Shown here piece after piece: positions 8,102 through 16,779 of a stretch of DNA of 35,867 nt. Position 1 is the stretch's first letter. Each line of letters starts with the position of its first letter. A program made the position numbers and the translations under genes. The DNA is from Bacteroidia bacterium (GTDB lineage Bacteria; Bacteroidota; Bacteroidia; NS11-12g; UBA9320), in contig JAQWZS010000075.1 of assembly GCA_029253325.1 (NCBI GenBank), positions 1 through 35,867 on the forward strand, read 5' to 3'. The notes under the pieces were generated by a model. The model searched no databases, was not told the origin of the DNA, and saw only the letters and a list, made by a program, of their open reading frames with translations.

Positions 8102-10108
8102 ATGAAAAATACGATAAAATACGCTGTTACTGCATTGTCATTCATACTTTACTCTGCTGTGCAAGCCCAGACTTACTCTAACCATCGAGCTGTGGAAGCA
8201 TATGCTAGTTGGGATGAGACTAATCTATCTGTTACTCTACGTTGGAAAGTGGAAGATAATGCTCAATCGTATGCTATTTACAAGCGGATTTATGGCTCTG
8301 AATCATGGGGAGGCTCTGTAGCAAATCTAACTGCAACTGATAGCTTTTATCAAGATACAGACGTTGATGCTACATCGATTTATGAGTATACCGTCGATAA
8401 AACAACTACAATCACCGACCCATTCAACCGACCAAATAAGCTAAAAGGATATGCCTACATTTCCACTGCACATAAAAAACCAGCGGTGCATAGCCGAGGT
8501 ATAATCGGTGTATTAGTAATGGACTATATTCAGAACAGTCTTTCTAGCGAAATCAATACCTTAACTCAAGATTTAGTTGCTGATGGCTGGGAAGTTTTCA
8601 AGGAAGTAATTGCCAGCAATGCTGGGGTTAATGACGTAAGTGATTTGATTGATTACCACGTTCGATCAGAAGGATGCAACGCTTTATACCTATTGGGTAA
8701 TATACCTGTTCCCTATTCTGGGCTGTATTGCGAAGACCTTGATTATCAATCTCCGCCAGATGGTCATAAAACTGCTCCGAATTCTCATTGCGGAGCATGG
8801 CCTTCGGACGTTTATTATGGTGTGATTGATGGTGCTTGGACAGATGTAGATTCCACAACACTGGGTACTCGCGAACAGAATAAAAACCGAATTGGTGATG
8901 GAAAATTTGATAACAGCCGAATTCCAGGCGAAGTAACTATTGGTGTTGGACGTGTAGATTTCAGTAACCTTCCTGCTCTCACCAAATCTGAGATAGAACT
9001 CACCCGCCAATATTTAAATAAGGTGCACACCTACAAGTCAGGTGAGGTAAAACTAATTAACCAAGGAATCGTTGAGGACAACTTCAGTACGTTGGCTGAA
9101 GGATTTGGTGCTGGAGCTGTTCGAGATTTTTCGGCTATTTGTGGCAAAAACGGAGTGATTTACGATGATGTATTTACACAAACAAAAGATCGAGACTATG
9201 CCCTGTCTTATACCTGTGGTGCAGGATGGTATTATTCATGCAATGGTTTTGGTGCAACCATCAGTTTCAATACAAAAAATGCTGCTGCATTCAACCATCT
9301 ATTTGGAAGTTACTTTGGAGACTTTGATAGTGAGAATAATCTATTAAGAGGCTCATTGGCCTCCTCAAAACTTGGTTTTGTATCCATGTGGACTGGTCGT
9401 CCTAAGTGGTTAACCCATCCTCTTGCATTGGGAGAAACCTATGGTGAAATTACCATGAAATCTCAAAATAATTCAAGTAATTATGACGCTGGATACTATC
9501 AAAATGGAACGCACATGGCTTTAATGGGTGACCCATCATTGAGGCATCATATGATATTGCCCCCAACCAATGCAGTGTTGGAAACAAATACTAAAAAGGA
9601 CCAAGTGACCATAAAATGGACTGCTAGCACAGAATCTGATGTTATTGGTTATCACCTATATAGAAGTCAAAAATCGAGCGGTGGATATGGCAGCCCTATC
9701 AATGCAAGCTTAATAGAGGGTACTAGCTACACAGATAATCAACCATATGAAGGAACTAATCACTATCTTGTAAAGGCTGTTAAAATTACAGAAACAGGTA
9801 GTGGCAGTTATACAAATATGAGCATTGGAATTACTGATTCGATTAGTGGTATAAAAGGATCTCAATCGAATATAACCATGATTGATCGATCAAAAATTAA
9901 AATATATCCAACGCTCGTTCAAGACAAAATTCATGTAGAACAAGAAGATGCTCAAAGATCATCCTTTGCCATTCAAAATAGCTTGGGCGTAAATGTTATT
10001 GAAGGTGAGATTTTATCTCAAAAGGAATCCATAAATGTTCAACAATTAGAGTCTGGAGTATATTTCCTAATGTTGAATGGCTTTAGCCAAAAATTTGTGA
10101 AGTACTAA
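8102..10108 (+). CDS. T9SS-secreted gingipain (peptidase C25)-like protein with two FN3-like modules; catalytic dyad apparently not conserved
   Basis: 668 aa; signal peptide ..SAVQAQ; FN3-like segments (LSVTLRWKV..YAIYKR; VTIKWTAS..GYHLYRS). C25-like landmarks are YLLGNIPVP, PSDVYYG, GVGRVDF, FGDFD and MGDPSL. C-terminal CTD: IKIYPTLVQDKIHVE...GVYFLML...KFVKY. Confidence 0.55.
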   Translation: MKNTIKYAVTALSFILYSAVQAQTYSNHRAVEAYASWDETNLSVTLRWKVEDNAQSYAIYKRIYGSESWGGSVANLTATDSFYQDTDVDATSIYEYTVDKTTTITDPFNRPNKLKGYAYISTAHKKPAVHSRGIIGVLVMDYIQNSLSSEINTLTQDLVADGWEVFKEVIASNAGVNDVSDLIDYHVRSEGCNALYLLGNIPVPYSGLYCEDLDYQSPPDGHKTAPNSHCGAWPSDVYYGVIDGAWTDVDSTTLGTREQNKNRIGDGKFDNSRIPGEVTIGVGRVDFSNLPALTKSEIELTRQYLNKVHTYKSGEVKLINQGIVEDNFSTLAEGFGAGAVRDFSAICGKNGVIYDDVFTQTKDRDYALSYTCGAGWYYSCNGFGATISFNTKNAAAFNHLFGSYFGDFDSENNLLRGSLASSKLGFVSMWTGRPKWLTHPLALGETYGEITMKSQNNSSNYDAGYYQNGTHMALMGDPSLRHHMILPPTNAVLETNTKKDQVTIKWTASTESDVIGYHLYRSQKSSGGYGSPINASLIEGTSYTDNQPYEGTNHYLVKAVKITETGSGSYTNMSIGITDSISGIKGSQSNITMIDRSKIKIYPTLVQDKIHVEQEDAQRSSFAIQNSLGVNVIEGEILSQKESINVQQLESGVYFLMLNGFSQKFVKY

Positions 10109-11862
10109 CGATTAAAAAAATCGTCATTCCCCAATTGAAAATAAGCCTTTTCAAGCGGGTAATTACATGAGTCGAACAAGTATTTATTTTGGTCAATGTC
10201 ATAATATTGAATGCAATCTGAAGTAATGGAAACTATTCCGTTGTGATAGGAATAAAATGCATTGTTACTGGGTTTTAAAACCGATTGCTGCTGAAAAACT
10301 GCTGGTTTGTTCATGTAATTAGCTATTGTTGATGGCAAGTCTGCTTGACTAACAATTTCAGGAATAATCGTATCTTTTTGAACAATTCCTCCAGTAAGAA
10401 TAAGCGGTATATGAAAATTTTTCTCACTGTATATTGGGGCATTATCTGGACGAATAACACCATGATCTGCAGTAATAATTACCAATGTATTGGACCATTT
10501 ATCACTTTTTCTCAACCGATGAATCATCAGCCCCAAACAGCTATCTGTGTATGATAAGCTATTTAAATAGGGATCCTCTTTTTTATGGTAATTGGGGATA
10601 TCAAATGGTTCATGACTACTCAAAGAAAATAGCATCGAAAATTGAGGAATTTGCCTACTCGTAAAATCATCTGAAAACGTTTTAAAAACATCCTCATCAT
10701 GAACACCCCATGTATTTTTATTGATCGATGTAAAATCATCTTGAGATTTCGTCTGATTAGCATGACTAAACAACACTTTAATATTTGCAAAATCTAAATT
10801 ACCTCCGTAATAAAATGAGCTCCAATATCGACTATCAAAAAGCTTAAATATGTTGGGCTTTGAGGACAATTCAGTGGGGAAATTGGTAAGTGTTTGCCTT
10901 GCACCACTGGGAAATCCAGTGGTAATTGCTAAAAGACCTTTATCTGATCGAAAACTCGAAGCATAGGCATTTGAAAATGAAATCCCCTTGCCTGCAATTG
11001 AATCTAAACATGGAGTAGATGCGTATTTATCCCCATTGATGGACCCTACCACCTTTGCACTAAAACTTTCAAGTACAATGAGAATAACATTCGTGTTCGA
11101 ATCATAGGGTTGAAGCAATGACGAATAATCTTTTACTTGACTTTCTTTTAGATTTAAGATTTTTTCTGCTTCATCTCTATTTTCAAAAAATATAAGTGGA
11201 GCATGCTTGTCACGCTCTAATTCGGTAGCTAAAAAACTCCATGCAGGATTAACAGCAGCGTTATTCAAGGCATTGTTTTCACTAAAATAAGCACTAGATA
11301 TATTGATAGGCACATTGCTTAGTCCACCTCTTATCATTAACAATGAGAGGGTTAACAACATGATTGCAGTCCAAATATTTCCTCGTTCAGGCAACTCAAA
11401 TAATCGAATACCTTTTTTTGTAAACCAAATAATACTCAGAATAAAAAATAAAAATGCTGCTATTAATGTTTGAGTCTCAATAGAAAACAATCCAGCATTT
11501 TCTTGACCTAAGAATTGAGTAAAACCCAAATTAGTTTTCTGACCCCAATAATAAAAAAAGTATGCATCAGTGGCCATTACCAAAATTAGAAATAGCCATG
11601 AGAACCAGCCGTAAAAAAATAAGATTTTTTTGGTAACACGAGGTACTATTTTACTAAAAAATAAACCCAAAATTGGTATAATCGACAAGTACCCCACCAT
11701 GGATAAATCTAAAGGTAATCCTGCCCACCAAACCTGCCTAAAATTTAAAAAAAATGAACTATCTATTCCTAGATTCACCCACAAAAAGTAAATCTTGGTA
11801 AGGGTAAAAAGACTTAGCCACATCAGCCCAATTTTTAGATAATAATTAATTGTTCTTAGCAA
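10105..11862 (-). CDS. LTA-synthase-family membrane sulfatase (phosphoglycerol/phosphoethanolamine-transferase-like, alkaline-phosphatase superfamily)
   Basis: 585 aa; about five N-terminal TM segments, then a sulfatase-type domain (NVILIVLESFSAKVVG metal-site region, ...VIITADHG). Confidence 0.8.
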   Translation of the reverse strand: MLRTINYYLKIGLMWLSLFTLTKIYFLWVNLGIDSSFFLNFRQVWWAGLPLDLSMVGYLSIIPILGLFFSKIVPRVTKKILFFYGWFSWLFLILVMATDAYFFYYWGQKTNLGFTQFLGQENAGLFSIETQTLIAAFLFFILSIIWFTKKGIRLFELPERGNIWTAIMLLTLSLLMIRGGLSNVPINISSAYFSENNALNNAAVNPAWSFLATELERDKHAPLIFFENRDEAEKILNLKESQVKDYSSLLQPYDSNTNVILIVLESFSAKVVGSINGDKYASTPCLDSIAGKGISFSNAYASSFRSDKGLLAITTGFPSGARQTLTNFPTELSSKPNIFKLFDSRYWSSFYYGGNLDFANIKVLFSHANQTKSQDDFTSINKNTWGVHDEDVFKTFSDDFTSRQIPQFSMLFSLSSHEPFDIPNYHKKEDPYLNSLSYTDSCLGLMIHRLRKSDKWSNTLVIITADHGVIRPDNAPIYSEKNFHIPLILTGGIVQKDTIIPEIVSQADLPSTIANYMNKPAVFQQQSVLKPSNNAFYSYHNGIVSITSDCIQYYDIDQNKYLFDSCNYPLEKAYFQLGNDDFFNR

Positions 11863-12878
11863 AATCGTTTTATATCAACTTCAGACGGCAAAGGTATGTC
11901 TTGCTCCATATAATCTGACATTTCTCGCATTAATAGTGGTGCAATGCTAATTGCTTTACTCCCCATCCCATTAACCACATACATAGATTCAATGTGTGGA
12001 TGTTTGCCCATGATAGGCTTTCTATCAATAGATGCTGGTCTGATTCCACAATAATGATTTACCACCTCATAAGGTACATCAATTAGTTTATTCAACTTCA
12101 CCTCCAAATCATCTCTCATTAATGATGTTGGCTCAAGTGATGTCTGATTTTGTTCATAAGTAGCTCCTACCCTCCACAAATCATTCCCTATGAACTGAAT
12201 AAAAACTGGACCAAGATATATACTATCTTTGGGTATTCCCTGAGCTCGAATTTCCAGAAGTTCTCCCTTTGTAGGCACTACTTCTATGTGATCTTTGAAA
12301 TAAGGGTTTTTAAAAGATTCATATCCTTCACAAAAGACGATATTTTTGTACAAAAAGGACTGATATTCCTGCTTTTCAGGGTCTAACACATTATAGTCAA
12401 AAGATTCTGATTGTGTGGGAAGTATTTCATTACATGCTGACAAAAAAGCTTCTGTGTCCATCTCTCCTGCAAGATGAATGTTCAAAACTCCAAATGACGT
12501 ATTCAGACCTTTAATGTCCTCGTGTGAAAAAGAACAGAAGTCAATATATTTATCTAAATGTGCTTTGCTCAGCCATCTATTTTGTTCTCCTGCACTCGCT
12601 ATAATTCGCTTCATAGGTTTACTTGAGAAAAATTTAGATTTTAGTGTCTCCTCCAAGTTCTTATAATGACTTGCCAAAGAAGGGAAATACTGATCAGATC
12701 GCCATCCAACTGTAAAAAATTTACCCACTACTGGGTTTACTAATCCTGCCGCTACACGCGTACTGTGATTTGCATTTGACTTATCATAGACTAGCGTACT
12801 AAAACCTCTTTTCATAAGTTCTATTTGTAACAACCTTCCAGATATCCCTCCACCAACAATTAAATAATCTACATTCAT
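11856..12878 (-). CDS. FAD-dependent oxidoreductase (DAO family)
   Basis: 340 aa; N-terminal dinucleotide fold DYLIVGGGISGRLL...LVYDK; 7-nt overlap with the downstream sulfatase gene. Confidence 0.75.
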   Translation of the reverse strand: MNVDYLIVGGGISGRLLQIELMKRGFSTLVYDKSNANHSTRVAAGLVNPVVGKFFTVGWRSDQYFPSLASHYKNLEETLKSKFFSSKPMKRIIASAGEQNRWLSKAHLDKYIDFCSFSHEDIKGLNTSFGVLNIHLAGEMDTEAFLSACNEILPTQSESFDYNVLDPEKQEYQSFLYKNIVFCEGYESFKNPYFKDHIEVVPTKGELLEIRAQGIPKDSIYLGPVFIQFIGNDLWRVGATYEQNQTSLEPTSLMRDDLEVKLNKLIDVPYEVVNHYCGIRPASIDRKPIMGKHPHIESMYVVNGMGSKAISIAPLLMREMSDYMEQDIPLPSEVDIKRFC

Positions 12879-12926
12879 GAACGAAACGGCAAAGATACTC
12901 TGACAATAATTTATGTTATTTGCAGT

Positions 12927-13331
12927 ATGAAGAAATTATTCGTAATTGGTTTGATTACAACAACAATCATAACAGCTTGTAGAGATGAATTTAATATCCC
13001 CGAATACGACAGTTACGTGGACAGTAACAGCCCTAGTTTCGAAATTATCTATCCAAGCGTGGACACAACCATTACAGGTAAAGACACTATCAATTTTGAG
13101 ATAATTTGTAAAGACGATTACGAAATTGATAGCTTTTTCTTTGAAATTCAACCCGCTGATTTTTCATCTGAATTATTCACTTACAAAACTGCTGTTAACG
13201 ATAGCATCTATATTTTCAACCTGAGTTATCCTCTTCCAACAAAAGATAGCATGCGATACGAGGCCTATGTAAAAGCTATTGATGTAGTCGGAAACTCTAA
13301 TAATAAAGTTTATTTTTTTACAGCTAAATAA
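12927..13331 (+). CDS. small lipoprotein with Ig-like beta-sandwich character (function unknown)
   Basis: 134 aa; lipoprotein signal MKKLFVIGLITTTIITAC; beta-rich repeats (FEIIYP.., INFEIICKDDYEIDSFFFEIQ). Its stop overlaps the next gene's start (TAATG at 13329..13333). Confidence 0.6.
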   Translation: MKKLFVIGLITTTIITACRDEFNIPEYDSYVDSNSPSFEIIYPSVDTTITGKDTINFEIICKDDYEIDSFFFEIQPADFSSELFTYKTAVNDSIYIFNLSYPLPTKDSMRYEAYVKAIDVVGNSNNKVYFFTAK

Positions 13332-15211
13332 TGGCTCACAAGTTTAAGCGTTTCCTTCTGAGTGCGTTAATATTACCTGCTCACTTCATTGCATACGCTC
13401 AACTTCTGGACACATCATCTGCTCACAATTACAACCCTACTGATGTCCAAGTTCAGCATATGGAGGACATGGAATTTCTTGAGGATCATGAGACAAATTT
13501 AGACACAAGCTTAAACTTATTTTACAACTACTACCCAGCGTATCAAAACACTTTTCCTTTCATTGATTTAGGATTGGAAGCAACTCCAGTTTTATCACTT
13601 TCTCAATCTAACCAACAGCAATTAAAACTTCGTTTAGGTGCAGATCAAATGAGTCCGTACTTCTATAATGATAAAATTCACCTATATCAAACAGATAAAC
13701 CCTTCACCCGACTCAACTACTCTCAAGGAGCTAATGAGATGTTATCCATTGTTGCAACTCATGCCCAACAAATTTCTGAGAGACTATCATTTGGTGTTGA
13801 TTATCGTAGAATCAAAAATCAAAATTTTTATTTCTCGAATCTTGAAAATTTCTCAAGAGTCCGAATGGGCAATTTATTTAACACCAAATTTTATACCAGT
13901 TACTATTCTCCCGACCGAAAGTATGAAATGGTGACATCATACATTTGGAACAGATCAAAAAATGTTGAATTTGGTGGGATTTCTTCAGACTCATCCTTCA
14001 ATGCTCAAATAGGCAGAGATAAGCTTAATAATAACCAAGTAAACTATACCAATGGACTGGGGACCTTGGCACAAAATCAGTTTAAACTAATCCAATATTT
14101 CAGACCAGGTGGCCTTTCCACCGATTCTACACTAGATGCTAGTCTAAGCCAATTTGATCAGCAATTTTTTATATCCAGTGCTTTAAAAAATGAACGACTC
14201 GAGTTTGAGGATAAAAGTCCCGATAGTTTAAATTATGGTTTCTCTATGTTACCATTTAAAGACTCTAGCTATCATCGATCTATAGAAAACGAAATCGGCT
14301 ACATGAAAAAGATTGGAAATAATAGTATTTTGTCTAGCGTCATTCATGACTTTAATTCAATCTATCAAAATACTGTCAGAGAAACATTCCAAAACGTATA
14401 CTTCAACGTAAAGGGGATCTTCAAACTAAACAAAATTAATTTCAGACCAGAGGCCAAATTGGGTGTTTTAGGTTACAATGCAGGAGATTATTCCATCCAT
14501 GGAGTTGCTTTAACTAGTCTAAACAATTCAAAAATCTCAGGCGGGTTCTTATTACAAAAAGTTGAGCCTACTTTCATGCAACAAGAATTCAGAAGTAATG
14601 CCGTTCAATGGAAAAATGACTTTTCAAAAATTAGTGTCAATCAACTTCATGGGACTGTATCAACTAGTCTCATAAATCACTCTTTGGAAATTGGTATTAC
14701 TGCAGAAAAAACGAATGGGATCATCTTTTATCAAGATGAAAATCAAATAGCTCAATACAATGATGATTTAAGTTGGTTAAGAGCTATAATCAGTCATCAT
14801 TTTACACATGATAATTTTGGATCCGACTTAAATCTAACATTCCAAAAAACCTCCAATCAAGAGGTACTTCCCAGACCAAATACTGCTATTTCAGGCAACG
14901 TATATACTCAATTTCGATTATTCCAAAAAAATCTAAAGGTTCAACTAGGTGTCCGATCTTTTTGGTTCAGCTCATTTAACAGCCCTAAATACAATCCATA
15001 TACTAGAGCTTGGCACAACACCAATCAATCCTTTGAATCCACTCCTCCAATACAGGTTTATACCAATGCTCAGGTGAAAAGCTTCTGCTTTGGTATTGAA
15101 TTTTTTCATACCCAACAAGGATTAATGGGAGAAGATTATTATAGTTCTCCTGGCTATCCAATGATGCCGAGAAGTTTAAGACTAAATATCCGATGGGATT
15201 TAAATAATTAA
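13331..15211 (+). CDS. large outer-membrane protein, 'putative porin'-like (Bacteroidota-specific, uncharacterised)
   Basis: 626 aa; signal peptide ..FIAYAQ; N/Y/F/S-rich beta-strand pattern throughout; translationally coupled to the upstream lipoprotein gene. Confidence 0.5.
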   Translation: MAHKFKRFLLSALILPAHFIAYAQLLDTSSAHNYNPTDVQVQHMEDMEFLEDHETNLDTSLNLFYNYYPAYQNTFPFIDLGLEATPVLSLSQSNQQQLKLRLGADQMSPYFYNDKIHLYQTDKPFTRLNYSQGANEMLSIVATHAQQISERLSFGVDYRRIKNQNFYFSNLENFSRVRMGNLFNTKFYTSYYSPDRKYEMVTSYIWNRSKNVEFGGISSDSSFNAQIGRDKLNNNQVNYTNGLGTLAQNQFKLIQYFRPGGLSTDSTLDASLSQFDQQFFISSALKNERLEFEDKSPDSLNYGFSMLPFKDSSYHRSIENEIGYMKKIGNNSILSSVIHDFNSIYQNTVRETFQNVYFNVKGIFKLNKINFRPEAKLGVLGYNAGDYSIHGVALTSLNNSKISGGFLLQKVEPTFMQQEFRSNAVQWKNDFSKISVNQLHGTVSTSLINHSLEIGITAEKTNGIIFYQDENQIAQYNDDLSWLRAIISHHFTHDNFGSDLNLTFQKTSNQEVLPRPNTAISGNVYTQFRLFQKNLKVQLGVRSFWFSSFNSPKYNPYTRAWHNTNQSFESTPPIQVYTNAQVKSFCFGIEFFHTQQGLMGEDYYSSPGYPMMPRSLRLNIRWDLNN

Positions 15212-15255
15212 GTTTTTCTGAGGATGTAACCTTTTGTAAAATAGAGATTTAATTC

Positions 15256-16089
15256 TTATTTATAAAAATAGACCACACTTAATTTGAACGAACTAGCTCT
15301 GGTGAGTCGTCGCCCACCAACAAGCCTATTTCCATTCTGATCTACCAGTTGATCTTGCACCTTTCTATACCCATATTTTACATTTATTTCTACAGGAGAT
15401 TTCCCTTTATAAAACTGAATTCCTCCTGAAAAAGCAGGCATTATCCATCCTTTATTGTACATTTTATCTTCGTAAATCGTACCCAAATGAACTATCCCTA
15501 TCTTATTAAATTCTAAACCATAACCTAAGTTAAAGCCCACTTTATCTTCAGCATCAAATGTGGACTTAGCTCCATAAAAAAGGTTAAGCATTAGAGGAAC
15601 TTGAAAATTACCAAACCCATTTGAACCAATAACATTTGGTGTACTAGGGTATGCGTTGCCAAAGCCAATTGCTATGGGTGCAGAAACTGCCAATGCAATA
15701 TTTTTTTGAAACTGAAACAGGTTATAACGTGACACAAAGCCAATGGTGTACTGAGAGGAATAATTGGTTTGAGTAGCCCCCTGTTCAATCCGCTTCACAT
15801 TCGTATTTGGGTCTATGAATTCTACATCAATATATCCTAAAGGAGATGTGATATAATCGATAAAAAACGAGCTAGATATTCCTGTATGCAATCTTGCTTT
15901 CCAATCTAAAATACTTAATGGATTTTCTTGGGGCTTATTATCTCTCCCTCCTATTACTTTTATTTCCCCATCCTCTATTGGGCAATTTAGAAATAAACCA
16001 AACGACTGACAAACTATACCTATAGATATCCCAGATAAAAGCATTGCTCTTTTCATACAAGTTATCCGTTTCAGAGTATTCATTCCCAC
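15256..16089 (-). CDS. hypothetical envelope protein, beta-barrel-like
   Basis: 277 aa; hydrophobic N-terminus (MKRAMLLSGISIGIV..; alternative start at 16056); G/Y/F-rich alternating pattern; aromatic C-terminus ..KLSVVYFYK. No recognised catalytic motif. Confidence 0.45.
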   Translation of the reverse strand: MGMNTLKRITCMKRAMLLSGISIGIVCQSFGLFLNCPIEDGEIKVIGGRDNKPQENPLSILDWKARLHTGISSSFFIDYITSPLGYIDVEFIDPNTNVKRIEQGATQTNYSSQYTIGFVSRYNLFQFQKNIALAVSAPIAIGFGNAYPSTPNVIGSNGFGNFQVPLMLNLFYGAKSTFDAEDKVGFNLGYGLEFNKIGIVHLGTIYEDKMYNKGWIMPAFSGGIQFYKGKSPVEINVKYGYRKVQDQLVDQNGNRLVGGRRLTRASSFKLSVVYFYK

Positions 16090-16135
16090 CTTGCAAGAAT
16101 AGTAAAAGGAGACAATTATTTCTAAGTATAGAATA

Positions 16136-16169
16136 TGATTAAAATCATAAAATCATATGATTTTAATCA
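16136..16169. repeat. 13-bp perfect inverted repeat (TGATTAAAATCAT / ATGATTTTAATCA) overlapping a 16-bp perfect palindrome (AAAATCATATGATTTT, 16149..16164)
   Basis: Read directly: the arms are 16136-16148 and 16157-16169. The 8-mer AAAATCAT occurs twice directly and once inverted. The site lies between the stop of the 142-aa gene (16210) and the start of the 277-aa gene (16089). Confidence 0.8.
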
Positions 16170-16209
16170 CAAAAAATCCATTACTTGCGTTTACATCATG
16201 TCAATTATT

Positions 16210-16638
16210 CTAGTAAATCTGCTGCCAAACATTCACAACCTTTTGTATGGTTATAGATGTACTGTTAGGAAGAATATTTGTAGAACCTCCATTTATTAGA
16301 CCATAACTTCTATTCAAAATCTTTGTATTTGTAGCATGATTATTAATAAGTGTATAAGTGGTTCCGTCTAAAATAGGATCAGCAATATTGGGGTCTGGGT
16401 CTGGGAGATCAACACTGCTAGTGGCTACATTCATTATTATTGTATGATTATGATGTGCTTGGGTTAAAGCAAACGTAGTGTTTGCAGGCACAATAAATGA
16501 TCCTCGAAGACCACTAATTTCCCAACTAGCTCCCCCATTAGTTCTGGTCAATACCTGTCCGTCTGTTTGTGCTATTGACACAAAAGACGAAAAAATGAAG
16601 AATAATAAAATAAAATATTTTGTATTTGTTTGAATCAT
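16210..16638 (-). CDS. small secreted hypothetical protein
   Basis: 142 aa; clear signal peptide MIQTNTKYFILLFFIFSSFVSIAQ; N/T/G-rich mature part; no recognisable motif. Confidence 0.6.
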   Translation of the reverse strand: MIQTNTKYFILLFFIFSSFVSIAQTDGQVLTRTNGGASWEISGLRGSFIVPANTTFALTQAHHNHTIIMNVATSSVDLPDPDPNIADPILDGTTYTLINNHATNTKILNRSYGLINGGSTNILPNSTSITIQKVVNVWQQIY

Positions 16639-16666
16639 GGAGCAAATGTCATGGGTTTATCAGATT

Positions 16667-16673
16667 CCCCCCC
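16667..16673. repeat. C7 (G7 on the coding strand) homopolymer in the 5' region of the 142-aa gene
   Basis: Seven consecutive C at 16667-16673, 29-35 nt upstream of the ATG at 16638, in otherwise AT-rich intergenic DNA. Confidence 0.9.
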
Positions 16674-16675
16674 TT

Positions 16676-16699
16676 CATTTATGATATTAATCATAAATG
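16676..16699. repeat. 10-bp inverted repeat CATTTATGAT-ATTA-ATCATAAATG carrying a 12-nt partial copy of the intergenic element
   Basis: Arms are 16676-16685 and 16690-16699. The minus strand of 16677-16688 reads AATATCATAAAT, identical to 21051-21062 in repeat copy B. Confidence 0.75.
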
Positions 16700-16779
16700 G
16701 ACATGATTTTTGACAAGAAATTAAACACGAATAAGATTCTAAACGTTTGCTTGATCGTCTAAAATTGGTTTAATTTTAA

